From Macrostomum hystrix (lineage: Eukaryota > Animalia > Platyhelminthes): DNA of 64,000 bases. Of the stretch, positions 21,624 through 33,665 are shown piece by piece. The stretch spans positions 6,324,001 through 6,388,000 of the forward strand of contig CATNEN010000002.1 of the NCBI GenBank assembly GCA_950097015.1, given 5' to 3'. Every line of letters starts with the position of its first letter. Positions within the stretch are counted from its first letter, which is position 1. Below the pieces are notes generated by a model. The model ran no database searches. It was not told where the DNA came from and saw only the letters and a list, made by a program, of their open reading frames with translations. Made by a program: the position numbers and the translations under genes.

Positions 21624-24600
21624 CTATGAGTCAGCAGCCGAAGCACAGGTCAGAACGGGGGCAAGTCGCGGATAAGCTCTCAGAGTGTTCTCAAGCAGAG
21701 CTGTCGCAGTGGCCTCAACTGACAGGCCCTTGGCTTTGGCGATGTACTCGCACACCAGCAGAGCATTGGCCGGCTCATTTCGCTGGTCCGGCTGCGGCCC
21801 AAGCACAGGCGAGTCGGTCTCCAGCAGCAGTCGGTCCAGCGGCAGCGCCGCCACCAGCCGCTGCTTGCCAGCGTCGCGGACAATCTCCGGCGGTATGGAG
21901 AAGTAATAGCCGAGCTGGGCGCCAGTCACGGCGTACTTCGCCTGCCCGTTGAATGCGTGCAGGTGAGCGCGCTGTACACCCAGCGAGTGCAGCAGCTCGA
22001 TGCAGTGGTGCCCGGCGGACCTGCGGGTTGCATTGAGCTTGCGATGAATGGTTCTTATCCGACCCTCAGTCGCATCCCCCGCTCAATCATACATGTGTAA
22101 GACGCTGGTTTGTCAGGTAGCATGCACACAAAAACGCGAAGAGCCATACCGGCTCGCTAGCACTATTATATTTGGCCAGAAACACTGGGGTGGGCGTACC
22201 CACCCCCCAATCACGCCACGCAAGCACGCACGCAGGCGTGTACGCTCTACCCCCCGCAGTGTACACTGCGGGCCGCGAACTCTAAGCTGCTTACACTACT
22301 TTCCCCCTAGAAGCAGTTCAGTCAAGCAAAGCCAGCCATGTAAAAGTCAGGAGGCCGGCGTTCTCTCGCCGAGCGTCGGAGAGCCTCGGCCGGCTCGGGC
22401 GGGGCCGCCGGCGGATCATCGGGCTGCACGTTTTGGTCCGGTTCCGGCCAGCCGACCACCGAATCGCCACCCGGGTCAGCCGCTGGACTGGGCGGTCGCA
22501 CGGCGAGGCCGTTGGCGTTCGTGTCGGCATCGGCGGCAGCAGGCAGCTCCAGCGACGGCCGCCGCTGAATGAAGAGTCGGAGCCGGTCGTGGTGCACCAC
22601 CAGCTTGCGCCGGCGGCCTGCCTGGTCCTGGATGCGGTAGTTCACCTCGCCGAGGCGCCGCAGGATCCGATACGGCCCCTTCCATTTGTCGCTGAGGCAC
22701 CGCGTCTGGCCGCGCTTGACGACGGAGTTGCGCAGCATTACCAGCTGGCCCTCTTCAAACGGCACGAATCTGGCACCCTGGTTGACTCGCTGGTTGCGCG
22801 CCGCCTGGGCGTCCCGCAGCCGGCCGTGCACCGCGTCAAAGGCGCCCTGCAGGTTCGCTTGCGTCTGCTGCAGAAAGTCGTGCGGGCTGCCGCTCGCCGC
22901 CTTGTCGCCGTCCACCAGCCAGCTGTCGAGCGCCAGCCGCGGCGGCCAGCCATGCAGGACCTGGTACGGGCTGAGGCCGGTGGTGCTGTGCACAGAGGTG
23001 TTATAGGCCCAGGTAACGTAGTGCAGCTTCCGGTCCCAGTCCTGCTGGCTCTCCGACACGACCGTCGCCAGCATGTCGCCCAGTGTCCGGTTGCCGCGCT
23101 CCACGACGCCGTTGCCGCTTGGGTGGAATGGCGATGTGCGAGTTTTCTCGATGCGCAGCTGCTCGCAGAGCCGGACGAAGACGTCGCTCTCAAACTGCCG
23201 TCCTTGGTCGCTGTGCAGCACTTGTGGGGCACCGTGCCGCAGCACAACGGCTCTGAGCAGCGCATCCGCCACCGTCACGGCGTCGATCGTCGCCAGCGCC
23301 GATGTCTCCATCCACTTGGAGAAGGTGTCCCACATGCTGAGGATGTAGGCGTTGCCGTCTGTCGTGCGCGGCAGCGGGCCTTTAATATCGATCTACACCT
23401 GCTGCCAAGGCGCTGTCGGCTGGCCTGTCGTCTGCAGCGGTGCCCGCTGCGGCCTGGTCGGACTCTACTTGGTTAGGCAGGCGGCGCAGCTCGCCACCCA
23501 GTTCTCCGCGTCCCGCCGCAGGCCCGGCCACCAGCAGCGCTCCGCCAGCCTCGCCACCGTCCTGTCAACACCGAGGTGGGCGCTCTGGTCGTTGGAATGC
23601 GCCTCCTGCACGAAGTGCGGCCGCAGGTGGCTGGGAATGACCGGCTTGCCGTGGAACAGCAGGACGCCCGCCGTACTTATTGATGCCCCGTCCAGCAGCT
23701 CGCGAACCTGCGCCGCCCAGGTGTCAGACAGATTGTCGATTCCTGTCGCTAGCGCATGGAACGCCTTGCTCAGTAGCGTGTCCTGCCGCTGCTCCTCATG
23801 CAGGCGCGCGGCCTCCCAGCGGGGCTGCAGGCGCGTGCCGGCCACCCGGCTCAGTGCGTCCGGCACAACGTTCTCCCGGCCTGGCCGGTACAGCAGCGAG
23901 AAGGAGAACTGCTGCAGCGTAGACAGCCACCGCGCCAGCCTGCCTTCCGGGTCCTTGGTCGCCAGCAGTCCCTGAAGCGGCCGATGGTCGGAGTAGACGG
24001 TGAAGCTGGGAACACTGAGCAAGTACGTTCTGAAGTGCTTCAAGCTCCACACCAGCGCCAGCAGCTCCCGGTCTGTCGCCGAGTAATTTCGCTCCGCCTT
24101 GTTGAGCGTGCGCGATGCGAAAGCCACAGGCGTCCCCGTGCAACTGGCTGAGCACGGCGCCCACTGCGAACTGGCTGCTGTCGCAGCTCAAAACGAACTG
24201 CTTGCTGAAGTCGGGCAGCCGCAGCACCGGGGCAGTCGTCAACTTGTCCTTCAGCTCGTTGAACGCCCGCTCGCAACTGCTGCTCCATCTAAAGTCTCTC
24301 GCTGTCTGGCTGATGTCGTGCAGCACCCTCGCAGTCTGGCTGAAGTCCTGGATGAAGCGGCGATAGAAGCCTAGCATGCCGAGGAACCGCTTCACCTCCT
24401 CTGCTGTCGTCGGGCTGGGCATGCTGCGGATGGCGTCCACCTTGCTCGGGTCTGGCGCGATGCCCTGCTCGCTGACCCGGTGCCCCAGGTACAGCACCTG
24501 GCGGTGGCCGAAGACACTCTTCGCCCTGTGCAGCTTGAGCCCGGCCCCTCGAAGCCGCTGAAGGACCTGTGCTAGCCGCGCCAGATGCTCGTTGAAGGTT

Positions 24601-27600
24601 CTGCTGAAGACGATGATGTCGTCGATGTAGGTCAGCACCACCTCCCAGGATAAGCCGGACATGACGAGCTCCATAAGGCGCTGAAATGTCGCTGGGGCGT
24701 TGCACATCCCGAAGCCCATCTTGCGGAACTGCATCAGGCCGCGGGTGGAGTAGAAGGCAGTCTTTGGCCGGTCTTCCTCTGCCACCTCCACCTGGTGATA
24801 ACCCTGCCGGCAATCGATGGTGGAGAACCAGGAACAGCCGACCAGTGCGTCCATGGCTTGCTGCAGATGCGGCAGCGGGTAGGCGTCCTTGACTGTGCAG
24901 GCGTTCAGCTGTCGCCAGTCGGTGCAGAGCCTGATGTCGCCGTTCTTCTTGCGCACCACCAGGAGGTTGCTGGCCCAAGGAGACATGGACGGCTCGATGA
25001 TGCCGCTGTCCAGCATCTGGCCGATCTTCTTGTCTACCTGGTCCCGCACGGACAGAGGCAGACGTCGCTGAACCTGCCTGTGCGGCCGCGTTCCGGGCTC
25101 CAGATCTATCCTGTGCTGCAGCAGCTCCGTCGTGCCCAGGTCGTACTCGTGCCTTGCGAAAAGGTCCTCGTTTTGCTCCAGCAGCTGGCGCAGCTTCTCC
25201 GCATCCGCCTCGGACAGCTCCGGGTTGATGTTCCAGCCGAGGGGGTCCTTCTGGAGATAGTCGCTCCTCCCCCCGGCCATCGCACCCTCGAACGTCCCGA
25301 CGGCTTTATTGGCGTACAGCAGCACGGGCTCCTCGGCCAGGTTGCACATCTTGACGGGGATTCGGCCGTCGTCCGAGATAGTCAGCACGCGCGCCGAAAG
25401 CACCGCCGTGGCTGCTACGAAGTCCTCGCAGGGCTCGAACACCCCCTGCTCTCGGCTGGAGTCCACCCGGAGCCATACGACCTTCTCGCTCCGCGCCGGC
25501 AGCTCCGTGTTGACCGCCACGCGCGCCACCAGAACGCTTGGCACCAGGCGGCAACTGGCCCGCGGCTGCTCGCTGCTGAAAGCCACTGTATCGCTGTCGA
25601 ACCGGACGACGCCTTCCTTCATGTCGATGGTCACCGTCTGCGACACCCGGCCGATGAAGTCCATGCCGAGAATCAGTCTAGGCTGGATGCCGTCCACCAC
25701 GGTAAAACTGTGCCGCGCTCGAATCGCGCTGCCGATCGCAACCTCCGCCGTCGTCAGGCCAAGGCAGCGCAGCCGCGAGCCGTCGACAGAGGTCGGCATG
25801 ACGCTGATGTCGCTGCAGTCGAGCCGGCAGTCAAGCTTGTCGTACAGCGACTTGTCCATCAGCGAAATCTGCGCGCCTGTGTCCAGCAGGGCGGGCGAGC
25901 TGTGCCTGCCGAAATGCACTGGCACAAAGATGGACGACGCTGATCTGTGGGCCCCTTGAGAGGGGGTCGGCGCTGGCCCCAGGCTGCCGACCCTCAGCAG
26001 TTTCCCTGCGGCTGTGCAGCTGGTGTCGGGCAGACCGCCGCCGTGTGCCCCTTGCCTGAGCACCTGCTGCAGCGGGCTCCTGCCGCTCTCGGGCACTGCC
26101 TCGCGATGTGGCCAACTTCCCCGCAGCTGAAGCACTTGATGGCCCTTTGACGGCTTTCCTTGCCTGCGGCTCCCGTTCGCACACCTGCAGCCAGCTGCTG
26201 AACCTGCTGCTCCAGACGGCTGATCCGACTGTCCTCCGCCGTCACGGCTGCTGACGTCGCTGATGACTGGCGACTCACCAACTCAAAGCGGGCCGCCCGA
26301 TCAATCAGGACTGTCAACGGACAGGAGTCCGCGTCCTGGTCTTTGAGCAGCGTATCTCTTACAGCTGCTGGGAGGAGGCGCATCAAGCGGAACTTCACGT
26401 CCTTCTCCCTGGCGTCCACAGAGTCGTCTGGCCGAGCCCGGAGGTGCAGCAGCTTGAGGTTGTACGCCAGCTCTCTCAAAGACTCATTTGGCCGACGTTT
26501 GCGTTCCTCAAACTCCTCCATCGCCCGGTAGCTGCTCAGGCTGTCGCCGAAGTGCCCGATGAGCTCCACCTTAAGCTGCTCGTAGCTCACTTTCTTTTCG
26601 TCTGGAAGTTCCCACACAAAGATCTGTGCCTCTCCAGACAGCAGCAACTTCAACTTCTTCGCCTTCTTCTTATCGTCCCAGTCGCTGTCATCGGCGAAGT
26701 CTTCAAACATGCTTAGCCACATTCTGACATTTGAGTCACTGCCGGCGCCGCTGAACTTTTGCGGCAGTAAAGATTCTTGCTTAGTCATGCTGAGACCGCT
26801 GCCACCAGTGTAAGACGCTGGTTTGTCAGGTAGCATGCACACAAAAACGCGAAGAGCCATACCGGCTCGCTAGCACTATTATATTTGGCCAGAAACACTG
26901 GGGTGGGCGTACCCACCCCCCAATCACGCCACGCAAGCACGCATGCAGGCGTGTACGCTCTACCCCCCGCAGTGTACACTGCGGGCCGCGAACTCTAAGC
27001 TGCTTACACATGTTTACATTTTCTCTCTCAAGTTGTCTCAACCCTCGGCTGGCTGGGGCCGCCACCCTCTGCCCTCGGGGAGTTGGCAGCTCACCCCACT
27101 ACCGCTCGCCTAGCCCCGATTGGCTGCCGCGGGGAGTTGGCAGCTCACCCCACTGCCGCTCGCCTAGCCGCGATTGGCTGCCGCGGGGAGTTGGCAGCTC
27201 ACCCCACTGCCGCTCGCCTAGTCGCGATTGGCTGCCGCGGGGAGTTGGCAGCTAACCTACTGCCGCTCGCCTAGTCGCGATTGGCTGCCGCGGAGAGTTG
27301 GCAGCTCACCCCACTGCCGCTCGCCTAGTCGCGATTGGCTGCCGCGGGGAGTTGGCAGCTAACCTACTGCCGCTCGCCTAGCCCCGATTGGCTGCCGCGG
27401 GTTGAATCATTTTTGACCCTACGGTCAGTTTTTATTGCACAGTTTATGATTAATTGAGTATTTTCCGTCGCTCTAAGAGCTCTGCGACCGATACTCTCAT
27501 ACGTGACCCCGCACCTTCCTTATGCCTTTGTAACAGCAGCCGGTCTTCTGAAAATCCCAGGTATTTTCCCAGTGACTACAATTTGAATCTGCTGAGTGCT

Positions 27601-29755
27601 GAGTTAGAGCACCTAGCACACACCTGGAGTGCACATTCAGCGTCAGGTCGTGCTGCATGGCGAACTCGGCCTGTCTACGAAGCACCGTCTTTTGCACCTC
27701 CCTCGCTGCCTCATCGGGGCACCAGCGCGGCGTGAAGTCCAGGCCGACCTCGCCGACGCCAACCAGACGGTCAGCGGCTGCCTCCAGAGCCGGCATCGCC
27801 CGGTCCAGATCGTCGAGCTGGACGCAGCGGTTTCGAGACTCTCCGCCGATCATGAGGCCGGGTCCGCCTGACTGCTGCACAGGGTGCACGCCCAGGCACG
27901 GCTGGATGAATGCCGAGTACCTTTCGATTTTAAAGACACACTAGTAGTTTGCTTTCTAGCAGGTAGGGGTAATGGCACAATAACTAGCCGGTAGAAGTAT
28001 CGGCACAATAGTTAGTTGGGATAACGGCACACCAATTAGCAGTTAGGGATACTGGCACTCTAATTAGCAGGTATGGGTAATAGCACACCAATTAGCAGAG
28101 GGGTAATGGCACACCAATTAGCAGGTATGGGTAATAGCACACCAATTAGCAGAGGGGTAATGACACACCAATTAGCAGGTATGGGTAATAGCACACCAAT
28201 TAGCAGAGGGGTAATGACACACCAATTAGCAGGTAGGGGTAATGACACACCAATTAGCAGTTAGGGATACTGGCACTCTAATTAGCAGGTATGGGCAATG
28301 GCACACCAATTAGCAGGTAGGGGTTATGGCACACCAATTAGCAGGTAGGGGTAATGGCACACCAATTAGCAGTTAGAGATACTGGCACTCTAATTAGCAG
28401 GCATGTGTAATGGCACACCAATTAGCAGGTAGGGGTTATGGCACACCAATTAGCAGGTAAGGGTTATGGCACACCAATTAGCAGGTAGGGGTTATGGCAC
28501 ACCAATTAGCAGGTAAGGGTTATGGCACACCAATTAGCAGGTAGGGGTTATGGCACACCAATTAGCAGGTAGGGGTAATGGCACACCAATTAGCAGGTAG
28601 GGGTTATGGCACACCAATTAGCAGGTAAGGGTTATGGCACACAAATTAGCAGGTAAGGGTTATGGCACACCAATTAGCAGGTAGGGGTTATGGCACACCA
28701 ATTAGCAGGTAGGGGTTATGGCACACCAATTAGCAGGTAGGGGTAATGGCACACCAATTAGCAGGTAGGGGTTATGGCACACCAATTAGCAGGTAGGGGT
28801 AATGGCACACCAATTAGCAGGTAGGGGTTATGGCACACCAATTAGCAGGTAGGGGTAATGGCACACCAATTAGCAGTTAGGGATACTGGCACTCTAATTA
28901 GCAGGTAGGGGTAATGGCACACCAATTAGCAGGTAGGGGTTATGGCACACCAATTAGCAGGTAAGGGTTATGGCACACCAATTAGCAGGTAGGGGTTATG
29001 GCACACCAATTAGCAGGTAGGGGTTATGGCACACCAATTAGCAGGTAGGGGTAATGGCACACCAATTAGCAGGTAGGGGTTATGGCACACCAATTAGCAG
29101 GTAGGGGTAATGGCACACCAATTAGCAGGTAGGGGTTATGGCACACCAATTAGCAGGTAGGGGTAATGGCACACCAATTAGCAGGTAGGGGTAATGGCAC
29201 ACCAATTAGCAGTTAGGGATACTGGCACTCTAATTAGCAGGTAGGGGCAATGGCACACCAATTAGCAGGTAGTGCTACTGGCACTCTAATTAGCAGGTAG
29301 AGGTTAACACCTACCACACCGCTAACACACTTGTTAGCGGGAAGAAGTAGACGTGCGCATCTTAAGACCTAAAAAAATTACTAGCGATTTTCTCACCTCG
29401 ATTGCAGCTCAAAAATTCTATCGAAATTGTCAAAACTTTCGCTAACGACTATGGCATGCTGAACACCATTCTGCAATGGAAACATGTGCTTATTTAATAC
29501 GAGAACTGAAATAAAATGATTCACTTCATAAGTTTTCTGGCTCTGGGCAAAAAAGTTTATAACCAACCTGAAGGGCACGCTGAATCACACCGTCAATGTC
29601 CTGAAAATTTCACGCATTGAAAAGTGTTCTATAATACCACGATATACTACTTATAGTATTGCGCATATCATTTTTTTATTTAAGGGCATAACCTCAAGAA
29701 ACGCTGCATCAGCCAGGTGAGCGTGACAATCAACAAGAACCGTCTGCTTACTCAT
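21624..29755 (-). CDS. TATDN3: TatD-family deoxyribonuclease, TATDN3-like, 287 aa, 5 exons
   Basis: Exons 29755-29693, 29600-29568, 29470-29397, 27920-27624 and 22020-21624 join in phase. Motifs DCHAH, GVHP, GEVGLD, NVHSR, LHAF, FSIPP, LETDSP and RNEP. Confidence 0.92.
22296..22308 (-). other. Polypurine tract of the Gypsy element
   Basis: AGGGGGAAAGTAG immediately before the 3' LTR on the minus strand. Confidence 0.85.
22322..26006 (-). pseudogene. pol: Gypsy pol (protease-RT-RNase H-integrase), disrupted
   Basis: LLDTGA, YIDD, FASRTL, H-H-C-C and D-D-E motifs and GPY are present. There is a frameshift near 24132 and in-frame TAG codons at 23467-23465 and 23395-23393. Confidence 0.9.
25994..26788 (-). 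CDS. gag: Gypsy Gag with two CCHC zinc knuckles
   Basis: ATG at 26788 just after the PBS; CFSCGEVGHIARQC and CSRCSGKGHTAAVC. Confidence 0.9.
   Translation of the reverse strand: MTKQESLLPQKFSGAGSDSNVRMWLSMFEDFADDSDWDDKKKAKKLKLLLSGEAQIFVWELPDEKKVSYEQLKVELIGHFGDSLSSYRAMEEFEERKRRPNESLRELAYNLKLLHLRARPDDSVDAREKDVKFRLMRLLPAAVRDTLLKDQDADSCPLTVLIDRAARFELVSRQSSATSAAVTAEDSRISRLEQQVQQLAAGVRTGAAGKESRQRAIKCFSCGEVGHIARQCPRAAGARCSRCSGKGHTAAVCPTPAAQPQGNC
26795..26807 (-). other. Primer binding site complementary to the tRNA-Leu 3' end
   Basis: TGGTGGCAGCGGT one base after the 5' LTR; the complement of ACCGCTGCCA+CCA of eukaryotic tRNA-Leu. Confidence 0.85.
27075..27400. repeat. 54-bp GC-rich minisatellite, about 6 copies, in TATDN3 intron 4
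   Basis: Unit GGGGAGTTGGCAGCTCACCCCACTGCCGCTCGCCTAGCCGCGATTGGCTGCCGC. Confidence 0.92.
27960..29300. repeat. 28-bp minisatellite (ATGGCACACCAATTAGCAGGTAGGGGTA), about 47 copies, filling TATDN3 intron 3
   Basis: Read directly; degenerate at both edges. Confidence 0.96.
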
Positions 29756-29989
29756 CCTACAGACAGGACTGTTGCTGGGGCCACAGACAGTTGCTGCACC
29801 AGCTGCTCTGCAATCGTCAGTTTAACAGTTCTGTGCAAGTTTGTTCATTTAGCTTGGTTTCAAAGTTCATTTTCAAAGTTTTTTATTTTCTTTGTTAAAT
29901 ATTTTGACAGGCGCAACGGTTCATTAAGTTTCATTCCCAAGTTGCAACATCAATTAATAATGGGATTTGGATAAAGATCAGGACGAAGA

Positions 29990-31580
29990 AATGGAATAGG
30001 AGTGGAATCAGGACGAAGAAATAGGATTAGGATTGGAATCAGGACGAAGAAATAGGATTAGGATTGGGATCAGGACGAAAAAATAGGATTAGGAGTGGAA
30101 TAAGGACGAAGAAATAGGATTAGGAGTGGAATCAGGACGAAGAAATAGGATTAGGAGTGGAATCAGGAGGAAGAAATAAGATTAGGAGTGGAACCAATAT
30201 GAATGAATGGGATAAGGATTGGAACCAGTATGAATGAATGGGATTAGGATTGGAACCAGTATGAATGAATGGGATTAGGATTGGAACCAGCATGAATGAA
30301 TGTGATTAGGATTAGAACCAGTATAATTGAATTTGATGAGGATTGGAACCAGTAAGAATTAATGGGATTAGGATTGGAACCAGTAAGAATGAATGGGATT
30401 AGGATTGGAACCAGTATGAATGAATGGGATTAGGATTGGAACCAGTATGAATGAATGGGATTAGGATTGAAATCAGTAAGAATGAATGGGATTAGCATTG
30501 GAGCCAGTAAGAATGAATATGATTAGGATTGGAACCAGTAAGAATGAATATGATTAGGATTGGAACCAGTAAGAATGAATGGGATTAGGATTGGAACCAG
30601 TAAGAATGAATATGATTAGGATTGGAACCAGTAAGAATGAATGGGATTAGGATTGGAACCAGTAAGAATGAATGGGATAAGGATTGGAACCAGCATGAAT
30701 GAATGGGATTAGGATTGGAACCAGTAAGAATGAATGGGATTAGGATTGGAACCAGTAAGAATGAATGGGATAAGGATTGGAACCAGCATGAATGAATGGG
30801 ATTAGGATTGGAACCAGTAAGAATGAATATGATTAGGATTGGAACCAGTAAGAATGAATGGGATTAGGATTGGAACCAGCATGAATGAATATGATTAGGA
30901 TTGGAACCAGTAAGAATGAATATGATTAGGATTGGAACCAGTAAGAATGAATGGGATTAGGATTGGAACCAGTAAGAATGAATGGGATTAGGATTGGAAC
31001 CAGCATGAATGAATGGGGTAAGGATTGGAACCAGCATGAATGAATGGGATTAGGATTGGAACCAGTATGAATGAATGGGATTAGGATTGGAACCAGTATG
31101 AATGAATGGGATAAGGATTGGAACCAGTAAGAATGAATGGGATTAGGATTGGAACCAGCATGAATGAATGGGATTAGGATTGGAACCAGCATGAATGAAT
31201 GGGATTAGGATTGGAACCAGTATGAATGAATGGGATAAGGATTGGAACCAGTATGAATGAATAGGATTAAGATTGAAACCAGTATGAATGAATGGGATTA
31301 GGATTGGAACCAGTAAGAATGAATGGGATTAGGATTGGAACCAGCATGAATGAATGGGATTAGGATTGGAGCCAGTAAGAATGAATGGGATTAGGATTGG
31401 AACCAGTAAGAATGAATGGGATTAGGATTGGAACCAGTAAGAATGAATGGGATTAGGATTGGAGCCAGTAAGAATGAATGGGATTAGGATTGGAACCAGT
31501 AAGAATGAATGGGATTAGGATTGGAACCAGTAAGAATGAATGGGATAAGGATTGGAACCAGTATGAATGAATGGGATTAG
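29990..31580. repeat. 31-bp minisatellite (GATTAGGATTGGAACCAGTAAGAATGAATGG) with a related variant block at 29990-30190
   Basis: Period 31 measured at 31381/31412. Confidence 0.96.
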
Positions 31581-32239
31581 GATCAGGATTGATTCGAGAT
31601 TATGATTCTGACTATGATAAATATAGGAACAAGTTCATGGTTCATTAGTTCATGAACAGCACTAAGATTTGGAACAGTATGAAGGAATGAGATAATTCAC
31701 ATCAAGTCGCAAGCAATACTCAAGTTGGCTGTCTTGAAAAAATGAAGCAATAACGATAAGCAGCAGAGAATAATTGTTATGATACTGCTGGTTAATAAAA
31801 AGAAACTTTAAACGTGCCAAAATTTATTTGAGTGAAGACTCCCTTGCAAATTATTCATCAGAAAGTTGAAAATTGGAAACAAAAAGCGAACATGCAAACA
31901 AAAAAAAATAATTATTTTTTTCTTTTAAAATACAAAAATTCACATTTGTTTTAATAGACGTCAATTAACAATAATAGACACAACAAACCGACTTTTTTGA
32001 CAGGAGAATAAATAAAAAAGTAAAAAACTCTAACATGCATTCTATCCTACTACTAATAAGTAGTGCGCTGCCAGTTTAAACCAGGTAAACGAACAGTTTT
32101 GATTATCTTAGTGTTAAAATATATCCGTAAGAATAGATCTATTGCGAGGTTTCAAAAAACACGAAGCACAATAAACTGTACACTGTGAAACAGGGGATGG
32201 TCTGTACTCTTACATAAACTTCAAGCGCAAAGGAAACAT

Positions 32240-32310
32240 GGCCGGTTGTAGCCTTAAGGTTAGAGTGCCAATTTCACAACTTAAAGGTCGTAAGTTCGAT
32301 TCCAGACTAC
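32240..32310 (+). mobile_element. Degenerate tRNA-derived SINE head
   Basis: GGCCGGTTGTAGCCTTAAGGTTAGAG...GTAAGTTCGATTCC has A/B-box-like motifs but no complete cloverleaf. Confidence 0.4.
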
Positions 32311-32534
32311 ACTGGAACCACTAGTGTCATTTAGACTAACTCTGCATGGCTTGAGGGCGTGGCGGTTCTTCCAGTCTGCGGACTGAACTGCTGTACACAG
32401 TCTTTGAAAGGCCGCCACTGGCTGTAAATCTGACCCAACTAGGCTTAAAGTCATTTATATGAAAAATTAATATACTTTGCTACTCAAAGTAGTTCATATC
32501 TGTTTGACCTGATTTATTTAAAAAATTCGATCAA

Positions 32535-32810
32535 TCATTCAGCTGGACTGGGTGGTGGAATCCGCGGCAGCACGGGAATAATGGCGTTGCCATGCGGACT
32601 GTCCTGCTTCAGGAAGGTGCCGAACGAGTCGTTGGGTTGAACAAACTGCGGCTGCTGCTGTTTGCCAGCGGTCGCATCCAAGCCAGCCTTGGGTCCGCCC
32701 AATCGCTTCCGCTGCTCCTGCAGCTCCTCCAGTATCTGGCGATTCTGGCGGACCTGACTAGCCGAGGGCGCTTGAAATGCAGCGACGGGTGCTGAGGAGG
32801 AGGACGACAT
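32535..32810 (-). CDS. INIP: SOSS complex subunit C (INTS3- and NABP-interacting protein), 91 aa
   Basis: NRQILEELQEQRKRL and SFGTFLKQDSPHGNAIIPVLPR match the two conserved blocks recalled for human INIP (NRVAILAELDKEKRKL; SSGYFITQDSAFGNLILPVLPR). Confidence 0.85.
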   Translation of the reverse strand: MSSSSSAPVAAFQAPSASQVRQNRQILEELQEQRKRLGGPKAGLDATAGKQQQPQFVQPNDSFGTFLKQDSPHGNAIIPVLPRIPPPSPAE

Positions 32811-32879
32811 GCCGACAGCTGGAGATAGACAGCGTGCGAGATGCTGTGAAGTTTAATGTGCGAGGAATGGGAAGGTTTC

Positions 32880-33665
32880 CCGAGGCTTCAGGGACAGTGA
32901 GAAGGACTGGATTCTCGAGGCTTCAGGGAGTGAGAAGGACTGGATTCTCGAGGCTTCAGGGAGTGAGAAGGACTGGATTCTCGAGGCTTCAGGGAGTGAG
33001 AAGGACTGGATTCTCGAGGCTTCAGGGAGTGAGAAGGAATGGATTCTCGAGGCTTCAGGGGGGTGAGAAGGAATGGATTCTCGAGGCTTCAGGGGGGTGA
33101 GAAGAAATGGATTCCCGAGGCTTAAGGTAGTGGGAAGGAATGGATTCCCGAGGCTTCAGGGGCCGGAAGGAATGAATACCAGAGGGTTCAGGGGGTGAGA
33201 ATGAATGGATTCTCGAGGCTTCAGGGGGTGGGAAGGAATGAATTCCCGAGGCTTCATGGGGTTGGAAGGAAAGGATTCTCAAAGCTTCAGGGGGTGGGAA
33301 GGAATGAATTCCCGAGGCTTCAGGGGGTGGCAGGGGGTGGGAAAGAATGAATACAAGAGGCTTCAGGGGGTGGGAAGGAATGAATTCCCGAGGCTTCAGG
33401 GGGTGGGAAGGAATGAATTCCCGAGGCTTCAGGGGGTGGGAAAGAATGAATTCTCGAGGCTTCAGGGGGTGGGAAGGAATGAATTCTCGAGGCTTCAGGG
33501 GGTGGAAAGGAATGAATTCCCGAGGCTTCAGGGGGTGGGAAGGAATGAATTCCCGAGGCTTCAGGGGGTGGGAAAGAATGAATTCTCGAGGCTTCAGGGG
33601 GTGGGAAGGAATGAATTCTCGAGGCTTCAGGGGCTGGAAAGGAATGGATTCTCGAGGCTTCAGGA
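32880..33665. repeat. 33-bp minisatellite (TTCTCGAGGCTTCAGGGGGTGGGAAGGAATGAA and variants)
   Basis: Period 33 measured at 32941/32974; starts about 70 bp upstream of the INIP ATG. Confidence 0.95.

Larger units (their letters stand above)
22096..27008 (-). mobile_element. Full-length Gypsy/Ty3 LTR retrotransposon in TATDN3 intron 4
   Basis: 200-bp TG..CA LTRs at 26809-27008 and 22096-22295 differ at one base. CATG target duplication at 22092-22095 and 27009-27012. PBS, PPT, gag and pol are present. Confidence 0.96.

Noticed and set aside
22433-25943. Long + strand ORFs (347 and 382 aa) over the Gypsy element
   Set aside because: Antisense shadows of GC3-rich pol codons.
27960-31580. Regular short repeats as a possible CRISPR array
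   Set aside because: Head-to-tail units with no unique spacers, eukaryotic intronic context, no cas genes.
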